From: Deltaproteobacteria bacterium | Lineage (GTDB): Bacteria; CG2-30-53-67 | Assembly: GCA_013151235.1 (NCBI GenBank) | Contig: JAADIO010000019.1 | Location: 1-64,000 of the forward strand | Length of the DNA stretch: 64,000 nucleotides | Direction of reading: 5' to 3' | Part shown: positions 59,343 through 64,000 of the stretch, piece after piece | Layout of the letters: every line of letters starts with the position of its first letter | Position numbering within the stretch: position 1 is the first letter of the stretch | Program-made: the position numbers and the translations under genes | The notes under the pieces: model-generated | What the model was told of the DNA's origin: nothing | The model's input: the letters and a program-made list of their open reading frames with translations, nothing else | Database searches by the model: none

Positions 59343-60308
59343 TTATTCTTCTACCGAAATTTGCTCCAGACATTCTTCGGAGACGAGTATGCGATTTTTT
59401 CCGGTTCCTTTGGCCTGGTAGAGGGCTTGGTCGGCGGCCATGATCATGGCGTCAATGGTGTCGATCTTCCCTTCGATGAAGCAGGAAAGCCCGCCGCTCA
59501 GGCTGACGGGTATGGTCTCTCCCTGAATCGTAAAAGGGGTTTTGGCAATGACCTTTCGGAGTTTCTCGGCCGCCCTTTCCGCATTGGCAATAGGTGTTTG
59601 CGTCATGAGAAGGGCAAACTCCTCTCCGCCGTAACGGGCAAAGATATCGGTTTGCCTCAGAACGCCCTGCAGTCGCTCACAGACATCGCGAAGGACCTGA
59701 TCGCCGGCCTGATGACCATAGGTGTCATTCAAATTCTTGAAGTCATCGAGGTCCATGATGAGAAAAGAAAGAGGTGTTTGATAGCGTTTTACCCGGCGGA
59801 TCTCCTGGACCATGCTGGTCATCAGATACCGCCGGTTGTAGATTTCCGTCAGCGCATCGGTGTTGGAAAGGTTTGTCAGCTGTTGATTGGCCTTCTTCAA
59901 TTGATCGTGGAGCAGCTTCAGTTCAAGATGAAGCCGGACCCGGGCCGAGAGCTCTGCATCATCAAAGGGTTTGGTCAGGTAGTCGCTGGCCCCTTTCTCC
60001 AGTGCCCGGTTCTTCTTTTTCTGTTCTCCTTCGGCGGTGAGCATGATCATGGGAATGTTTTTCAGTTCCGGATGATTTTTCACAAGTTCCATCAGCTTGA
60101 ATCCGTCGATCTGGGGCATGATCAGATCGCAGATGACCAGATCGATCGTTCCCTTCAACAGTTCCTTGTACCCTTTGATCCCGTCCTCCGCCTCGATACA
60201 GTCGACCGCCGGGTCCTTTTCCTGTTGCAGGACCTTCCGGATCCGGTTCCGGATCATTTCGGAATCGTCCACGATCAGGATCGTGGCTTTCTTTTTCGGT
60301 TCCGTCAT
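59343..60308 (-). CDS. Receiver-GGDEF diguanylate cyclase
   Basis: Receiver domain; TDALTEIYNRR; RQTD I-site; RYGGEEF. Confidence 0.93.
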   Translation of the reverse strand: MTEPKKKATILIVDDSEMIRNRIRKVLQQEKDPAVDCIEAEDGIKGYKELLKGTIDLVICDLIMPQIDGFKLMELVKNHPELKNIPMIMLTAEGEQKKKNRALEKGASDYLTKPFDDAELSARVRLHLELKLLHDQLKKANQQLTNLSNTDALTEIYNRRYLMTSMVQEIRRVKRYQTPLSFLIMDLDDFKNLNDTYGHQAGDQVLRDVCERLQGVLRQTDIFARYGGEEFALLMTQTPIANAERAAEKLRKVIAKTPFTIQGETIPVSLSGGLSCFIEGKIDTIDAMIMAADQALYQAKGTGKNRILVSEECLEQISVEE

Positions 60309-62341
60309 TCGGCAACCGCCTTCCGGGTGGCTTCCTCAATAAGGGCGCCCACGTCGAGGACCAGTACAGCCTGCTTGTCTCCCAGCTCCGTTGCCCCCGC
60401 AATGCCGGGAATCCCCTTCAGGGTCCGGCCGACGGCCTTGATAACGATCTCCTGTTTGTCGAGGAAGTCATCCACGATGATGCCGATCTTTTTTTCCGCC
60501 AGCCCGGCCACGACGATGTGTGACTTTTCCATGGAGCGGCTGTTGTCTCCGGGAAGCCGGAATGCCTCCTGGAGCCGGATCAGTGGGAGCGTCCGGCCTC
60601 GAAGCTTGATCACTTCCCGCTGCTCAATGGTCTGGATGCTTTGCCGGGGGAGGATCAGGTTTTCCGTGACGGCATTTAACGGGATGGCAAAGATCTGGTC
60701 CGTGCATTGGACGATCAGGGCCGGGATGATGGCGAGGGTAATGGGAAGGGTGATGGTAAAGAGGGTCCCTTCGCCGGGTTCGGTGTCGATGTCGATCATA
60801 CCCCCCAACAGGGTGATGTTCTTTTTCGCGACATCCATACCGACCCCTCGTCCGGAGACCTCGCTCACCTTCTCCGCCGTGGAGAATCCGGGCAGAAAGA
60901 TCAGGTTCAATGTCTCCTCTTCGGTCATGGATTCGTCTTCCTCCACCAGTCCTTTTTCGATCGCTTTCTCCCGGATCTTTTTCACATCGATTCCTGCACC
61001 GTCTTCTTCAACTTCAATAATGACGTGATTCCCCTCCTGATATGCCCTCAGTTCGATGGTTCCTTCCGCTTGTTTTCCAGCGGCTTTTCGAACCTCGGGG
61101 GTCTCGATACCGTGATCAATGGCATTCCGGATAATATGCATCAGGGGGTCGGCCAGCTCTTCGATGACCATCTTGTCGAGTTCCGTATCCTCCCCCGAAG
61201 TTGCAAAGCGGATCTGTTTTCCCGCGTCATGGGAAAGTTTACGAACGATTCGGTTGAGGCGGTTGAAGATCTGTCCGATGGGAATCATCCGGACTTCGAG
61301 GACCCCGTCTTGCAGTTCTGTAAGTTTTCGTTCCAGAACCTCCACGGCTTGGTGAAAGCTGTTTGCCAGACCGGCCTGTGCCTCCGCCTGCCGGAGAGTT
61401 TTGATATTTGCTTTGAGGATATCTTTGCTCTGGATCAGTTCTCCGACAACGTTCATCAGGTGGTCCAGCTTGCCGATATCTACGCGGACTGTCCGGGTCA
61501 GGCCCTTGATGTCGCTGACGAAGTTCTCGCTTCCCCTCGCAGGGGCCGTTTCCGTCGGGGTGGGAGGTTCGCTGTCTTTCACCGGGGCATAGTTGATCTC
61601 CTCGATTTCGGCCGACTCAAAGGCGGAAATTACCGAAACGACCTTCTCCTGCTCTTCCTGGGAGCCGACGATGAGTGTGAACTGAATGCCCGATTCGGGA
61701 CTGTCGCCGGTACTGGGAAGGGTGGTGATGATCTCTCCGATTTCGGAAAGACCGGCGGTGAGCTTCTGCAGGTCCTGGTCGAAGGTCGCGAGGTCAAAGG
61801 AAATCCGGATCTTGTAGAGGTGATCTCCCTGCTCGATATTTGCCAGCAGGCGGTGTTCTTCGTATTCCGTCAGGACCTCGATGACGGCCGGTGAGATATT
61901 GCAGGTTTTCAGAAGAGACTCTTCCTGGGCCCCCTCCGTGTCTGCGTGCAGGACCGCTTCGATCCGGGCTAAGGCATCTTCGATCGGGAGATCATCGTTT
62001 CCCTCTTCCCCGATTTTCAGGATCAGCCCGTTTAAAGTGTCAAGACTCTCGAAAAGGCAGTCCAGGACGGGGGGTGCGAGTTTCAGTTTCCCCAGACGCA
62101 GACTGTCTAACATATTCTCCAGGTTGTGACTCAGTTCGGAGACCTTGGTGAATCCAAGCATGCCGGAGAGCCCTTTCAGGGAATGAGCCCCCCGGAAAAT
62201 CCCGTTGATGATCTCCGGGTTGATCCGGGCTGAACCGATCCCTTCTTCGAGGTGAACGAGGTTGTTTCCGATCCCTTCGAGGATCTCTTCCCCTTCTGCG
62301 AGAAATTCAATGGTCGCTTTTTGCTGGTTTGAATCCATCAT
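60305..62341 (-). CDS. cheA: CheA histidine kinase
   Basis: FRGAHSLKG, HIIRNAIDHGIE, GFSTAEKVSEVSGRGVGMD and a C-terminal CheW domain. Confidence 0.96.
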   Translation of the reverse strand: MMDSNQQKATIEFLAEGEEILEGIGNNLVHLEEGIGSARINPEIINGIFRGAHSLKGLSGMLGFTKVSELSHNLENMLDSLRLGKLKLAPPVLDCLFESLDTLNGLILKIGEEGNDDLPIEDALARIEAVLHADTEGAQEESLLKTCNISPAVIEVLTEYEEHRLLANIEQGDHLYKIRISFDLATFDQDLQKLTAGLSEIGEIITTLPSTGDSPESGIQFTLIVGSQEEQEKVVSVISAFESAEIEEINYAPVKDSEPPTPTETAPARGSENFVSDIKGLTRTVRVDIGKLDHLMNVVGELIQSKDILKANIKTLRQAEAQAGLANSFHQAVEVLERKLTELQDGVLEVRMIPIGQIFNRLNRIVRKLSHDAGKQIRFATSGEDTELDKMVIEELADPLMHIIRNAIDHGIETPEVRKAAGKQAEGTIELRAYQEGNHVIIEVEEDGAGIDVKKIREKAIEKGLVEEDESMTEEETLNLIFLPGFSTAEKVSEVSGRGVGMDVAKKNITLLGGMIDIDTEPGEGTLFTITLPITLAIIPALIVQCTDQIFAIPLNAVTENLILPRQSIQTIEQREVIKLRGRTLPLIRLQEAFRLPGDNSRSMEKSHIVVAGLAEKKIGIIVDDFLDKQEIVIKAVGRTLKGIPGIAGATELGDKQAVLVLDVGALIEEATRKAVAE

Positions 62342-62721
62342 GACGGACTTGCTTCCTTTAAGAGTGTCTTGACGGCGGACTGCAGGTCTTCCGCGTCAAA
62401 GGGCTTGGTAATATAGGTGTCGGCGCCCAGTGCCATTCCTTTCTTCCGGTCCTCCGCGCTCTTTTCCGTGGTGACGATGATGAGAGGGGTCTTGCTGTAC
62501 GTTGGATGCTTCTTGACGAAGTTGACCAGTTCCAGTCCATTGATGTCCGGCATGTTTATGTCGGTGATGATGAGATCGAACTGCCGGGCCGGCAGGATTT
62601 TGAGCGCTTCAAAGCCGCTGGCCGCCTCCGTGATGTCGCAGTCGCAGAGGTCCTCCAGTGTGGAGGCGATGAGCGCCCGCATTGTGGATGAATCTTCAAC
62701 GATCAGTATGCACGGGTTCAC
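62338..62721 (-). CDS. cheY: CheY-like response regulator
   Basis: GTG start with AAGGAG RBS; ILIVEDS, ITDINMPDING and YITKPF motifs. Confidence 0.88.
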   Translation of the reverse strand: MNPCILIVEDSSTMRALIASTLEDLCDCDITEAASGFEALKILPARQFDLIITDINMPDINGLELVNFVKKHPTYSKTPLIIVTTEKSAEDRKKGMALGADTYITKPFDAEDLQSAVKTLLKEASPS

Positions 62722-62752
62722 GGATAGTTGCTCCTTTGTGTCAGGCGGATAG

Positions 62753-64000
62753 TTAATGCCGTTGCATGTCGTGCAGCTTCCGCTCCAGGTCGGAACGGTC
62801 CAGGACCATCCCCGCCTGGATGATGAAGATCTCCAGCGCTTCAATGTCGCCGATCGGTTCCCGCTTCTCCCCGTTGTCCCCGTAAAAGAGGGCCAGGGTT
62901 TCCGTTCCGCTGTTGACCGGAATCACCAGAGATTCTTCCGGTTTTATGCCGCCGAGGGTTTCAAGGAGAACGGTATTCCAGCGGGTGGTTCCCGCCAGAG
63001 GTTGCACAACCCGGGCCCGGCGACGGATGGCTTCCGTCAGGATCGAGTCTTCGGCGGCGGGGATGACCAAGTTCCGGATCCGGTCATTGGCCTGGTTGTC
63101 TTCGCCGGGGAGACCGAACTGGCCGAACCCCCGGATCTCCCCGTCCCGGATAACGAAAAGGGCGGCGCGGCTCAGAAACTCCGAAGCGTAGCGAAGGATC
63201 AGCAGCAGGACCTCCGAAAGGCTGCTCGGGCCTTTCAGTTCTTCCACCATTGCTTTTAAACTGACGATCTCCTTCTGTTCCGTCTCGGGTTCCGGAAGTT
63301 CCATCTCGTCGCCGACTTCGAGGATCAGTTCCTCCAAAAAGTCCAGGTCCTTCTTTTCTGAAGGGGGTGCTGCTTTTTCTTCAACAAGGGAGGCTGTGAC
63401 CTTGTTTTCCGCCGTGTCGATCTCGTCCTGGACCGATTCCCAGAGTCCTTCGGGGTGACCGTCCGCGGGGGGTGGTCCTTCCGGTTCGGAAAGGGAAACA
63501 GGCGAATCCTCCATGAGAGAGGCAAACCCGATCGGTCCTTTTGTCTCAGAACCGGAAGCTGCCTCGCGATGTTTCTCCTCATCGAGGAGCCTCAGTCCTT
63601 CAATAATCAGGTGCTGTGTCGGGATGCCGTCCCGGAGGACAAACTCGGACGGGTAGGGTGGAAGAACCTCTTTCGGAGAAGAAAGGAGCTTGAATTCAAA
63701 ATGCCCTTCATCCCATTTCAGCAGATCAAAGATCACCCGCTGGATATATTCCATAAGAATCGGCTCAATCGTTTCCCTGGGAATGACCCGCTGTCGGACC
63801 AGGATCGTGGCCAACGGTTCCATGGTCTGTTCCTGGATCGAAAGAGCGGCATCCCTTTGCGCTTCAGTGATCAATCCTCTGGAGATGAGAAATACCCCGA
63901 GGGGAGACCGGTTGGGCGAGCTTGAGGCCTTGATGATGTTTCCATCAAGGAAGGTGATAGCGGCTTTCTGTTCCGGATGCTCAGCGGAGACGATTTTGAG
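62753..64000 (-). CDS. DUF4388 domain protein with GAF-like C-terminus (5' end outside window)
   Basis: Frame open to the window edge (..AAITFLDGNIIKAS..LGVFLISRGLIT); LLKWDEGHFEF; LIIEGLRLLDE. Confidence 0.8.
   Translation of the reverse strand, partial: LKIVSAEHPEQKAAITFLDGNIIKASSSPNRSPLGVFLISRGLITEAQRDAALSIQEQTMEPLATILVRQRVIPRETIEPILMEYIQRVIFDLLKWDEGHFEFKLLSSPKEVLPPYPSEFVLRDGIPTQHLIIEGLRLLDEEKHREAASGSETKGPIGFASLMEDSPVSLSEPEGPPPADGHPEGLWESVQDEIDTAENKVTASLVEEKAAPPSEKKDLDFLEELILEVGDEMELPEPETEQKEIVSLKAMVEELKGPSSLSEVLLLILRYASEFLSRAALFVIRDGEIRGFGQFGLPGEDNQANDRIRNLVIPAAEDSILTEAIRRRARVVQPLAGTTRWNTVLLETLGGIKPEESLVIPVNSGTETLALFYGDNGEKREPIGDIEALEIFIIQAGMVLDRSDLERKLHDMQRH

Noticed and set aside
59010-61028. 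672 aa plus-strand ORF
   Set aside because: Antisense shadow of cheW, the GGDEF gene and cheA
1-64000. CRISPR arrays, tRNA/rRNA genes, riboswitches, transposases and integrases
   Set aside because: None were recognised by eye; a covariance-model search was not possible, so small RNAs could have been missed

Overview
GC-rich bacterial window with the gene content of a Desulfobacterota/deltaproteobacterium-like anaerobe (inferred from gene content only). From left to right: (1) the 5' part of a minus-strand surface-polysaccharide operon (flippase, ATP-grasp, methyltransferase, DegT aminotransferase, glycosyltransferases), a PEP-CTERM LamG protein, a TMTC-like glycosyltransferase, a BrnT-type toxin-antitoxin pair and a sigma-54 receiver/multiheme cytochrome unit; (2) a roughly 25 kb sulfur-metabolism region with dsrN-like, OsmC, VOC, CBS, nadK and trxB genes, a divergent TauE-fusion/DsrE-like/pentaheme-cytochrome operon, and a dsrT-M-K-C-E-F-H-(HEAT)-A-B-D-L-(ferritin)-nfnA-nfnB cluster followed by a second dsrF; (3) pdxA, DUF4912/GH57 and a sigma-54 subtilase; (4) a large minus-strand chemosensory operon with a porin/binding-protein/MCP insert. 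Main points of interest: a chimeric Dsr system that combines reductive-type DsrAB and DsrD with the usually oxidative DsrEFH and DsrL, lacks dsrJOP and is linked to NfnAB, and an unannotated 72-codon candidate selenoprotein at 13183-13401. All family calls come from motifs read by eye; no searches were run.
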